From the sequence record MW812339.1: DNA of 64,000 nucleotides. One strand, 5' to 3'. Below, in pieces: positions 25,232 to 33,388 of this stretch. The notes beneath the pieces were generated by a model that saw only the letters and a list, made by a program, of their open reading frames with translations, was not told the DNA's origin and made no database searches. The position numbers and the translations under genes were made by a program. The number at the start of each line of letters is the position of its first letter. Positions within the stretch are counted from its first letter, which is position 1.

Positions 25232-26989
25232 TTACTTTTCTAAATTGACCACTTTCCGTAGACGTTCACCGGTGATGTCGTAGACTGGATACAACCTGGA
25301 GTCGTACAACGCCGGTTGGAAGATAGAATGAACGATGTCTGCCAAACGTCGGGCACCTAAGTCGTCGACCTGATTTGCTTTCACAGTACGTTCTGCAATG
25401 TACTGGTAAGTGTCCATGTCGTACTTGGTCTCGACCCCGTCAGTTTTAAGCAGTTTAATCATTCCGTGGAACTCGCTGTTATCCAACTTACAGATAGCAA
25501 CCAGTGCATTCTCGTCTAACGGGTCCATCGTTGCCCGTAATGGGAAACGACCTTGCAGTTCTGGCATTAACTTCGACGGAGGGGCCGCTGCAAAGCTCCC
25601 TGCGGCTACGAAGAGAATATTCGTAGTGTCGATGCCATGATAGTTGCCGCCCTCAACCAGCTTCAATAGGCTGCGTTGTACGCCGCTTCGTGAAACGTGG
25701 CTGTTTGTGTTACCGCCCTGCTCAATAAGTTTGTCAAACTCATCCAAAAAGACCACCGCAAAGTTCTCAACGAAGTCATGCCCATTGCAATTCGGCAACT
25801 TCTTGAGGTCTTGGCGGCTTATCGTTTCTTTTTCTGGGATGTCAGCTTTCGGGATTTCGTAGCACCAGGGACGCGTGTCCGCGTATTTGGTAAACTCCTG
25901 ACAACCTTCAAATACATCATCCCACCACGCACACCATTTTTCTGGTGTTTCTAACCGACGCAACATATCCATCGTGAACTTCGTCGGGTCACGCGATATC
26001 CAGTCGATGCCAGCGGGTTCGACACCCTCCGTATCACCTTTGAACGTTTCAAACCCATCCCAGAACTCCGACCCGTCTGCACAAGACAACAGTACGTCAT
26101 CGGACATCAAAACCTGACCACGTGAGATGTACATGTCGATGTGTTCGGAGATTGTCATTAACGACATAATTTCAGCCATGAACGATAAAGCCCCAGGAGT
26201 ATCACCGTCCATGATCTCGTCGATACGGTCACCGATCTCCTCGGTCTCCAGCAAATCGGAGATTGATCCGAGACCAAGCAGCTTCTGTATCATTTCCGTG
26301 ATAACAGTTAGCCACTGTTGTACAGTACGCCCACCCAAATCGACTTCAAAGATGTCAAAATCTTCGTAGCCCATCGAGTGTTCGTGACAGTAGCCCACCA
26401 TAAACGCCCGCAAACAATAAATGTCCTGGATTTCCTCATAGACGTCCTGCTCATCGAGGATACCTTGTCGGCGGAGAAGATCAGTGTGGTCACGCTTGGC
26501 TTGAATATCCAATTGACGTTCAGCCGCCCGTTCGTTCATCTCACGTTCAACTTGCTTACGCGATTCACGTTCCCACTCGTCACGACTCAAACGTCCGTCA
26601 CCCCCTTCCTTTTCTACTTTGCGTTTGGTACGCATTTCGATATACCAGTCAGGCAAGTGAACGTTCTTTGCCAAATCGTTCAGGTCTTTACCGACCGAGG
26701 AAACTTCACGGCCCACATAACCCGATTCGGTATACGCAGTCATGTCAAGTTCCAACACCGGCAGACCGAACTGGGTTTTCAGGACACGCATTAAAGCAGT
26801 CTTACCCGTACCCGTTGGCCCCACGATTAACAGGTTCTGTTTGTGGACGGACATTCGGTCAGGCATGTTGAGTTTGTTGACGCGATAGCGGTTACGCATC
26901 GCAATTGCCAGCATCTTCTTCGCCTGCGATTGCCCGTAGACGTATTTATCGAAGATTTTGACAATCTCAACCGGGGTTAAGTTTTCCAT
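25232..26989 (-). CDS. hslU: HslU/ClpY-like AAA+ ATPase with enlarged I-domain
   Basis: 585 aa; LTPVEIV..DKYVYGQ..AKK.LAIA.RNRYR, Walker A GPTGTGKT, pore loop GYVG, Walker B FLDEFDK, SRSGVQRSLLKLVEG, PELQGRFP, LGARRL. Confidence 0.9.
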   Translation of the reverse strand: MENLTPVEIVKIFDKYVYGQSQAKKMLAIAMRNRYRVNKLNMPDRMSVHKQNLLIVGPTGTGKTALMRVLKTQFGLPVLELDMTAYTESGYVGREVSSVGKDLNDLAKNVHLPDWYIEMRTKRKVEKEGGDGRLSRDEWERESRKQVEREMNERAAERQLDIQAKRDHTDLLRRQGILDEQDVYEEIQDIYCLRAFMVGYCHEHSMGYEDFDIFEVDLGGRTVQQWLTVITEMIQKLLGLGSISDLLETEEIGDRIDEIMDGDTPGALSFMAEIMSLMTISEHIDMYISRGQVLMSDDVLLSCADGSEFWDGFETFKGDTEGVEPAGIDWISRDPTKFTMDMLRRLETPEKWCAWWDDVFEGCQEFTKYADTRPWCYEIPKADIPEKETISRQDLKKLPNCNGHDFVENFAVVFLDEFDKLIEQGGNTNSHVSRSGVQRSLLKLVEGGNYHGIDTTNILFVAAGSFAAAPPSKLMPELQGRFPLRATMDPLDENALVAICKLDNSEFHGMIKLLKTDGVETKYDMDTYQYIAERTVKANQVDDLGARRLADIVHSIFQPALYDSRLYPVYDITGERLRKVVNLEK

Positions 26990-26992
26990 AGG

Positions 26993-27532
26993 TTATCCGT
27001 TGTATTTGCTAACAAGTTCACCTGCCTGCTCGTGCGTTAAGCCCTGGATGTTGCCTAGCGCTATACGTTGCAGTGTTTGCGTGTCGAGAACCGTCATCGT
27101 GACCACCAGAGGTCGTAACGAGTAATAGTCAACCGCGAGTTTTGGTTCGTGACTGGATGCCATGACGAACGTAATGAAACTTGACTCGACGTGGCTAATC
27201 AGTGCACTCAGGTTGGTGAACACGGTAGGGTGATCGCGGTCGATAAGGGTAGGTATCCATGTAACTGGTTGTTGCTGAAACACGCGCTGTCGGATATGCG
27301 TGACAATCAAGTGCCGGTCTAACTCGTTGCAACGTACCCGTACGTTATCAGCTACGTCTTCGTTTTCGATTTGTTTCCACATCTCGAAGACCGATGGATA
27401 AGCCAGCGTCCTTGCCAGTTCCTCCATGTCCCACACACCACCTTTCAGTGCATCGTCTATGGCACGGTCCAGAACGGTGTAGTCGGTACCTCGTATTTTC
27501 CTGAACAGATTCTTAAAGCGTTTCCAGATCAT
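26993..27532 (-). CDS. Hypothetical protein
   Basis: 179 aa; coupled to upstream ORF. Confidence 0.7.
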   Translation of the reverse strand: MIWKRFKNLFRKIRGTDYTVLDRAIDDALKGGVWDMEELARTLAYPSVFEMWKQIENEDVADNVRVRCNELDRHLIVTHIRQRVFQQQPVTWIPTLIDRDHPTVFTNLSALISHVESSFITFVMASSHEPKLAVDYYSLRPLVVTMTVLDTQTLQRIALGNIQGLTHEQAGELVSKYNG

Positions 27533-28182
27533 TACCCCTCCAGAATTTGCTCCGCGACCTTTTTGTATTCGTCGGTACGGTTCACACGTTCATCCACCAC
27601 ACAGTTGAATTTGCGATGGTCGACCAATAGCATCATGGCCAGTTCCTGACGAGTCACAATCAGCTTTTCTTCTGGCCAGTGTGTCTCACGCTCCAGTAAG
27701 CCGGAAGCAATGAAGTTCTCTGCCAGTCGGTCATCGGACTGTTCAAGGTCGTACTTGTCATTTGGTGCCGCAAAGAACGCCCAGCCGATATAGTTCGGAT
27801 CATCTTTCCATTCTTCAGGTTTGGTGTGGTTCACCAGATGCATCACGTTTTCGGTGAAATCAGACAACGTGAAGTCGGCTTGTGACATGATAGCGGTATC
27901 CATCTGAATCTCGCCATCGTGGTCGTAGAAGTGACCCATCCACATCTTCCATTCACGGGCATCGTGGAACAACGTTGACGCCAATGCATCACTGACCACC
28001 CGACGAATCTTCGGCTCAACCGTGAAGTGGAAACCGCGTCCGCCATACGGCTGAATACGACGGTTAGACGCGCCAATAAAGGCAATGCGGTTTAACGCAT
28101 TCTCACACGTCTGACGTGCGATTTCTTCGAAGGCTTTAACTGGGCTGTACTTTTTAGTGCGGGCTTTTTTCTGCTTGCTCAT
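27532..28182 (-). CDS. Hypothetical protein
   Basis: 216 aa; basic N-terminus. Confidence 0.75.
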   Translation of the reverse strand: MSKQKKARTKKYSPVKAFEEIARQTCENALNRIAFIGASNRRIQPYGGRGFHFTVEPKIRRVVSDALASTLFHDAREWKMWMGHFYDHDGEIQMDTAIMSQADFTLSDFTENVMHLVNHTKPEEWKDDPNYIGWAFFAAPNDKYDLEQSDDRLAENFIASGLLERETHWPEEKLIVTRQELAMMLLVDHRKFNCVVDERVNRTDEYKKVAEQILEG

Positions 28183-28661
28183 TTTTTGCGGAATACCTTG
28201 TATGCTGCGTCATTAAGAATTTTACGGACCTTGCGAAGAGTCGGCTCCGTGTGGCAATATTCGTAAGTGATTTTCCAGGCGTTGTACGTGTCTTTCAACG
28301 TCAGGTCTTCTACGAAGTACATGGTCTCTAACGGGGCATCGGGATACACCAACCGACACATCGTGATGCTCCACAACGGGGCCAACTCACTCCCCATGAG
28401 TTCATCCATAAACTCATCTAACAGCGGGAGTGCTTCTGCGCCTAAAGCCATGACAATATGGCAATGCCCTGGCGCATTCTTTTTGGAATAAGGGCCATGT
28501 CCTTGACAGGCCCACACAGTGGTGGCTAACGGGTGCTTATTGATAACCTTGCAGGTATCCTCCACACCCTTCTCAATCCACCCTTCATCGAGTGCTTTAA
28601 ACGTTCGTCGTTTGAACTTGTTCAGGTCCCGAAGCCCGACGCTGCCGTAACGCTGCTTCAT
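28179..28661 (-). CDS. Hypothetical protein (TxxxC.GH motif, possibly TYW3-like fold)
   Basis: 160 aa; 'INKHPLATTVWACQGH'; paralog of 28688..29155. Confidence 0.6.
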   Translation of the reverse strand: MKQRYGSVGLRDLNKFKRRTFKALDEGWIEKGVEDTCKVINKHPLATTVWACQGHGPYSKKNAPGHCHIVMALGAEALPLLDEFMDELMGSELAPLWSITMCRLVYPDAPLETMYFVEDLTLKDTYNAWKITYEYCHTEPTLRKVRKILNDAAYKVFRKK

Positions 28662-28687
28662 GCTAATTCTCCTTAAGGGGTCTACAT

Positions 28688-29155
28688 TTAAAGGTCATGA
28701 TTTGTAAAAACTGCGATAGCCAGCCAGTTCTTCAATACCTCTTCTACGATGTCGGGGTCGGGGCGGTAGTTCAGACGAAACACCCACGCAGGATAGTCCA
28801 CTGTGCGATTGTCGTCTTTGTGTAAATACATCATGGTGACGTGGAAACGTTTGCCGAGCGGATGCTTGTGCCACTGACCGACAATGCGGTCAAGTAACTC
28901 TAAGCCTGGCTCGGTGCAAACGAACGTCATGCTGTGTGGTTTACGAGTACGGAGCTTATCACCTTCTTTCCGTGTCTCGCCGGCAAAGGCCCAAACTGTG
29001 GCAATGTGCGGCCAAGCATGAAACGCCTGGACGATAGCACGCATCTTTGGGTCGGTCGGTTTATCAGCACTCAGCGCTTGGGTCGTGCGCTGTTTGTACG
29101 CGGCCAATTCCGCCTCACTGACTACTGAATATTTGAACATGGTGGTGGTTCCCAA
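28688..29155 (-). CDS. Hypothetical protein, paralog of 28179..28661
   Basis: 155 aa; 'FHAWPHIATVWAFAGE...HSMTFVC'. Confidence 0.6.
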   Translation of the reverse strand: MGTTTMFKYSVVSEAELAAYKQRTTQALSADKPTDPKMRAIVQAFHAWPHIATVWAFAGETRKEGDKLRTRKPHSMTFVCTEPGLELLDRIVGQWHKHPLGKRFHVTMMYLHKDDNRTVDYPAWVFRLNYRPDPDIVEEVLKNWLAIAVFTNHDL

Positions 29156-29166
29156 ATTGGGTTTAA

Positions 29167-29202
29167 AATGAAATAGCCCTACCTAACCGGAGTTAGGTAG
29201 GG
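29167..29202 (-). terminator. Intrinsic terminator
   Basis: CCCTACCTAAC/GTTAGGTAGGG 11-bp stem. Confidence 0.75.
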
Positions 29203-29208
29203 ACTTAG

Positions 29209-29532
29209 TCACGCAACGGCAAGTTTGCCTTTGGCGCGAGCTTTACCAGCAACACTTTTAGACGCCGCCTTCTTTACGCCTTTCCCTTTGGCGGGAATGG
29301 TGTCAACAGGTACATCAGCGACGAGCGGTTTCTCCGTGCCGTTCGCGAGCAGAATACGCAGATTGCGTGCTTGCGGCAGGCCCTTGAAGATAATGGTTAA
29401 TCCCTTACGCAGCCCTTTAAACAGAAACCCGTCGAGTTTCAGTTTCTTGGCAGTGGCTTCTTTATCGCCACCTTTCTCTACGTAGTAAAGGACATTATCT
29501 TTACGTTCTACAACTTCGTACTGTTTTGCCAT
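29209..29532 (-). CDS. Small basic protein with K/A-rich tail (possible DNA-binding)
   Basis: 107 aa; ends KGKGVKKAASKSVAGKARAKGKLAVA; promoter motif upstream. Confidence 0.7.
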   Translation of the reverse strand: MAKQYEVVERKDNVLYYVEKGGDKEATAKKLKLDGFLFKGLRKGLTIIFKGLPQARNLRILLANGTEKPLVADVPVDTIPAKGKGVKKAASKSVAGKARAKGKLAVA

Positions 29533-29565
29533 TTGCTTTCCCTCCAGAGGGGTTGTGTCAACGAA

Positions 29566-29583
29566 ATAACATCTATCTGAAAA
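29566..29583 (-). promoter_or_regulatory. Putative early promoter
   Basis: Minus strand TTTCAGATAGATGTTAT. Confidence 0.5.
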
Positions 29584-29685
29584 GTCGTGCGTTAAAGCAT
29601 CAGTTCCAGGCGCAGATATTCTTTACGCTTTGGATGAACCTGAGCCTGAAAGCGCTGCTGCAGCTCTTCAAACGTTAAATCTGGA

Positions 29686-30021
29686 TCAATGGGGCTTAGG
29701 CTCGACATGATGGTTCTCGCTGATAACCAGGCAGCCTTCGCTTGGCATGGTGGCAACAGCCCACATCCATTTCCCGGTTTCGGCATCTTTCCAGGAAGTC
29801 AGCCACACACCGTCTTTAATTTCAGAGGTGTCTACTTCAGGATGGAACAACATGAACTCGTTGTCGTTGTCGTCAATAACGACAAACTGACCTTCTTCCA
29901 TACGGTCGAAGCGAGTAAAGCCCACAGCCACCTGAGTGGGTTCTACGGATTGGTTACCGTTAGCATCGAGGCCAAAGTTAACGGTCTTCGGCAGGTCACG
30001 ATGAATAGCACTTAGCCACAT
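29686..30021 (-). CDS. Hypothetical protein
   Basis: 111 aa; GAGG RBS. Confidence 0.6.
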   Translation of the reverse strand: MWLSAIHRDLPKTVNFGLDANGNQSVEPTQVAVGFTRFDRMEEGQFVVIDDNDNEFMLFHPEVDTSEIKDGVWLTSWKDAETGKWMWAVATMPSEGCLVISENHHVEPKPH

Positions 30022-30076
30022 GTTCTTCTTTCCTCATTAAATTGTGCGGTTTTCACATAAGTTAGAGCAGGTTTGT

Positions 30077-30118
30077 AAAAAAGAAGGCACCTCCTCACCC
30101 GCAGGCAAGGAGGGAAAC
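30077..30118 (-). terminator. Intrinsic terminator (imperfect stem)
   Basis: CCTCCT...GGAGG arms with A-run (U tract on minus strand). Confidence 0.5.
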
Positions 30119-30119
30119 C

Positions 30120-30635
30120 TTAGAGCTGGTTCTCTTCGCGGTCGTCAGACAGAATCGCCGCGCAGATGAAACGTGCCAAACGTAAGCGCGCTTCACGACG
30201 TTGTTCGTCAGTTGGGTTCGGGTCAACAGGAGCACATAACTCCAGGTCACCCAACTCTTCCACAAACTTCTCAGCCGCTTCATCGAACGCATTGCGAATT
30301 GTCGCCAGCGCATCCTGGACTTCATCACTCGGGATAGGGCCATCGAGCAGAATCTTCTGCGCATCCAACGGCTCCACCGAGGCGAAGTTCATCTCATTCA
30401 GCATACCGGCGTGCATAGCGTTCGTGGAGATGAGATTGACCAGAACCTTTTCAAAGCGGTTCACATGCTCATCTTCCAGCGGTTGACCTGTCAGCATTTC
30501 GTGATAGCGGGACAGGAGGGTATTAGCATCGCCGCCCTCTTCATCACGAACTCGAAGATCGAAGTCGTGCTGAGGGAGCTGACCGAGTTCGATCATATCC
30601 ATAGTTAACCTCAACGGTGTATAAGGGTCATACAA
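30120..30635 (-). CDS. Hypothetical acidic protein
   Basis: 171-aa ORF. Confidence 0.75.
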   Translation of the reverse strand: MYDPYTPLRLTMDMIELGQLPQHDFDLRVRDEEGGDANTLLSRYHEMLTGQPLEDEHVNRFEKVLVNLISTNAMHAGMLNEMNFASVEPLDAQKILLDGPIPSDEVQDALATIRNAFDEAAEKFVEELGDLELCAPVDPNPTDEQRREARLRLARFICAAILSDDREENQL

Positions 30636-30642
30636 TGGCGAG

Positions 30643-30930
30643 TTACGCGACTGCTGTCAGCGCCGGATTAGATGTAATAACCAACTCACCTTCGATTTCG
30701 CGCATGACACAACCCGTCATTACGTTGTACGTCTTGATGCCATCGCGTGCTTTAGCCTTCGCGATCAGTTTCTCTAGCGTGCGACCGTGGGCACGAGTAA
30801 CTTCTGCAGCGGGATAAACCACCTGCAGCACATGGTTCTCATCGATAACGGCCGTAAACTGTTCCACACCATTGTCTTCGACGCTGTACATCACTTCACG
30901 AGACTTAGAAACTGAACGATTAATTGACAT
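30643..30930 (-). CDS. Hypothetical protein
   Basis: Start moved to MSINRSV, coupled to upstream stop with GGAG RBS. Confidence 0.7.
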   Translation of the reverse strand: MSINRSVSKSREVMYSVEDNGVEQFTAVIDENHVLQVVYPAAEVTRAHGRTLEKLIAKAKARDGIKTYNVMTGCVMREIEGELVITSNPALTAVA

Positions 30931-31741
30931 TATTTTCTCCATTGGGAAGTTTAAGGGTACGTCCATACAGATAACTATCAGGTAACCAGCCGTGTTCTAA
31001 TAACCACATGGCTTCGCAGCCGCCGTCGTACTGATGATAAGTAAAGATTAACTCATCACCTTCCGGCAGGGCGGATTGAATACAACGCATCAGTCGGGCG
31101 TATTGAATTCGCGTCATGTTGCGAACCACGCCTTCTGTGTTCATCCAAGAACCGAGTAACCATCTATCCTGATTATTCGCGACAGCGGTGACCATCACTG
31201 TGCCATCTTCGCCACGACAAGACATCAGTCGGCCGCCGGTAGACACGATGGCATAGATGGAATTCTGTCCGTAGATAAATCGTACCCAATCCAGGAATTC
31301 TTTACGGCTGGGGAACATTGAGGACACGTCATCGCAGAATTCCAAATCCGGGTCCACAGTAGGACGGGGGTTCAGTTTGCGATAGTTAACGGTCTCACAG
31401 CAGAAACCCATTCGTGCATACTCCTCGCCTTCGTTGCGAGTGTAGCACGTCACGTAATTACGTCCGGCAGCTTTCAGCAACGCATCCGCCATCGAACGTA
31501 ACTGGGCATCTAGCGAACGGGCCATGTCGATAATCTCCAACATAAACCCGTGGTCCAGACAGAGCACGGTAGCATCAGGTGCTACGGTGTCACGACTGAA
31601 CACCTCAAAGACACGGTAATAAAGACGACGTTCATCACGCAATACCAGCGGGTCGACGTTATTCAGAAACGACAACGCTTTGCGGTCTTCCAGCCACTCT
31701 CTGTCCAGAATCTTTTCGGTACGTTCTACAACCCTAAGCAT
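30920..31741 (-). CDS. Degenerate tandem GNAT-fold protein
   Basis: 273 aa; 'ADALLKAAG..YVTCYT...EEYARMGF' and 'MWLLEHGW' resemble GNAT C-terminal motif in each half. Confidence 0.5.
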   Translation of the reverse strand: MLRVVERTEKILDREWLEDRKALSFLNNVDPLVLRDERRLYYRVFEVFSRDTVAPDATVLCLDHGFMLEIIDMARSLDAQLRSMADALLKAAGRNYVTCYTRNEGEEYARMGFCCETVNYRKLNPRPTVDPDLEFCDDVSSMFPSRKEFLDWVRFIYGQNSIYAIVSTGGRLMSCRGEDGTVMVTAVANNQDRWLLGSWMNTEGVVRNMTRIQYARLMRCIQSALPEGDELIFTYHQYDGGCEAMWLLEHGWLPDSYLYGRTLKLPNGENNVN

Positions 31742-31750
31742 AATGACTCC

Positions 31751-32554
31751 TTACGCAAGAGTATAGTGGTGAGTCACGACGCGCGTCTCCACACCTTCAA
31801 CTGAAGGAAGTTCGTGTTCGATAGGCACCCCAAGATTAATCACCTTGCCGAGTTTAGCGGCCAGACGAAGAATCATGTCAAAGTGTTTACGGTATTCGTT
31901 AGCGGACGTTATCGGGTCGAACGACTGACAACAGAACTGCTCAGTGATAATCGACTTCGGAAACTCCTTGTACAGTAACAGGGAGAAAGGTTTCTCGCCG
32001 TGCATACCGACGAAGGCCGACACGAACCCGTTAGCCAACTCACCAAGCATTTCCCGTGTGCCTGCATCCTTCAAAGTCGGACGCATTAAATAACACACAG
32101 CTTCGGTTTGCTCGAGCGTTAACTCTTCAAGCGCCTTGACATCGTCCGGAGCCGGATAATCGAACTCACCAACCACCTTCACTTCTACACGCTTAGTGAC
32201 CGCTTCGAAGCCGAGCTTCTGATACAGGGCAGCGTGTTCAGTGTCGTGTGGGAAACAACTGATGTCTAACATCAACACTTCGAGTGCACGGGTCAGACGT
32301 TTCCATTCTGAGAAGAACGGTTCACCCAGGACATGCAGCTCGTAAATGTAAAAGACGTTCCCGGACTTCTGCCCACGGAAATACAACTGGGCTTTTCCGG
32401 AGTTAGAGAAGACTAACCAATGGTCGTCTCCGTCGCCCTCGTAAGGACGTAACTGTTGAATCCGTTCACGCATTGTCCCCAACGTGATCAAACGACCACT
32501 GAACTCCACGGTCATGTCGTTTTTGTCGACACCGTGTAAATTTAATAGAAGCAT
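31751..32554 (-). CDS. Degenerate tandem GNAT-fold protein
   Basis: 267 aa; 'FYIYELHV' and 'HAALYQKLGFE' GNAT-type motifs. Confidence 0.55.
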   Translation of the reverse strand: MLLLNLHGVDKNDMTVEFSGRLITLGTMRERIQQLRPYEGDGDDHWLVFSNSGKAQLYFRGQKSGNVFYIYELHVLGEPFFSEWKRLTRALEVLMLDISCFPHDTEHAALYQKLGFEAVTKRVEVKVVGEFDYPAPDDVKALEELTLEQTEAVCYLMRPTLKDAGTREMLGELANGFVSAFVGMHGEKPFSLLLYKEFPKSIITEQFCCQSFDPITSANEYRKHFDMILRLAAKLGKVINLGVPIEHELPSVEGVETRVVTHHYTLA

Positions 32555-32563
32555 TGATGTACC

Positions 32564-33382
32564 TTATAAGGTGCCGATGAGTTCACCGACCGAGCCACGT
32601 TTGCTGGCGTCTGCCGCCATGTTACGACCGACCTGAATCTCCCGCCAGGTGAAGCCGTAATAGATGTCTCGGGTCAGTAAGGTGTCTGCGTTAGACAGCA
32701 CCACTTTGTTCCCATTAGCAGCTTGTTGAAGTAGAAGTTTCGCCAACTCGCGATGGTCAGCTTGTGAAAATTCCTTTTTGTGGTACTGGGCGTGCTTCGA
32801 AGTATCCGACAGAGGAATGTACGGTGGGTCAGCGTAGATAAGCGCGTTCGGCGGACAGTTCTCTAACACGGTACGGAAGTCGGCACAGATAAGTTCCACA
32901 TTACATTCACTGCAGCGTTTCGCCCATTGGCGGATTTCCTCTTCTGGGAAATACGCGCCATCGGGGTGTGCACCGAAGGGAACGTTAAAGCCGCCAGATT
33001 GGTTGTAACGACACATCCCATTATATCCGTGGCGGGTTAGGTACAGAAACATCGCCGCGCGGTATGGCATAGGCTTACCGGTCGTGGTGTGTTCATTAAA
33101 CAGGTCACGACGTTTCATGTACAGCGCACGGTCGTTACCCTTTTCAAACAACGCTGCGGTTTCAAGAATCAGCTTTTCAGGATTCTCTTTGGCGCAGGTC
33201 AGCAGTTCAATCAAATCGGGGTTAGTGTCGGAAAGAATGTAATTCGGATAGTTGGTGTTCAGGAAGATTGACCCTGCACCCACGAAAGGTTCAACAAAGC
33301 AATCAGCCTCAGGGAACACTTTCAACAATTCCGGTAGCACACGGGTCTTACCGCCCATCCATTTTAAAATCGGTCGTATCAC
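32564..33382 (-). CDS. dam: DNA adenine methyltransferase, Dam/D12 class
   Basis: 272 aa; LKWMGGK, FVEPFVGAGS, FLYL.RHGYNGMCRYN..GGFNVPFG, DPPY. Confidence 0.95.
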   Translation of the reverse strand: MIRPILKWMGGKTRVLPELLKVFPEADCFVEPFVGAGSIFLNTNYPNYILSDTNPDLIELLTCAKENPEKLILETAALFEKGNDRALYMKRRDLFNEHTTTGKPMPYRAAMFLYLTRHGYNGMCRYNQSGGFNVPFGAHPDGAYFPEEEIRQWAKRCSECNVELICADFRTVLENCPPNALIYADPPYIPLSDTSKHAQYHKKEFSQADHRELAKLLLQQAANGNKVVLSNADTLLTRDIYYGFTWREIQVGRNMAADASKRGSVGELIGTL

Positions 33383-33388
33383 CAGACG

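Noticed and set aside
32564-33382. dam as part of a restriction-modification system
   Set aside because: No adjacent nuclease motif; neighbours are GNAT-like; orphan Dam is common in phages
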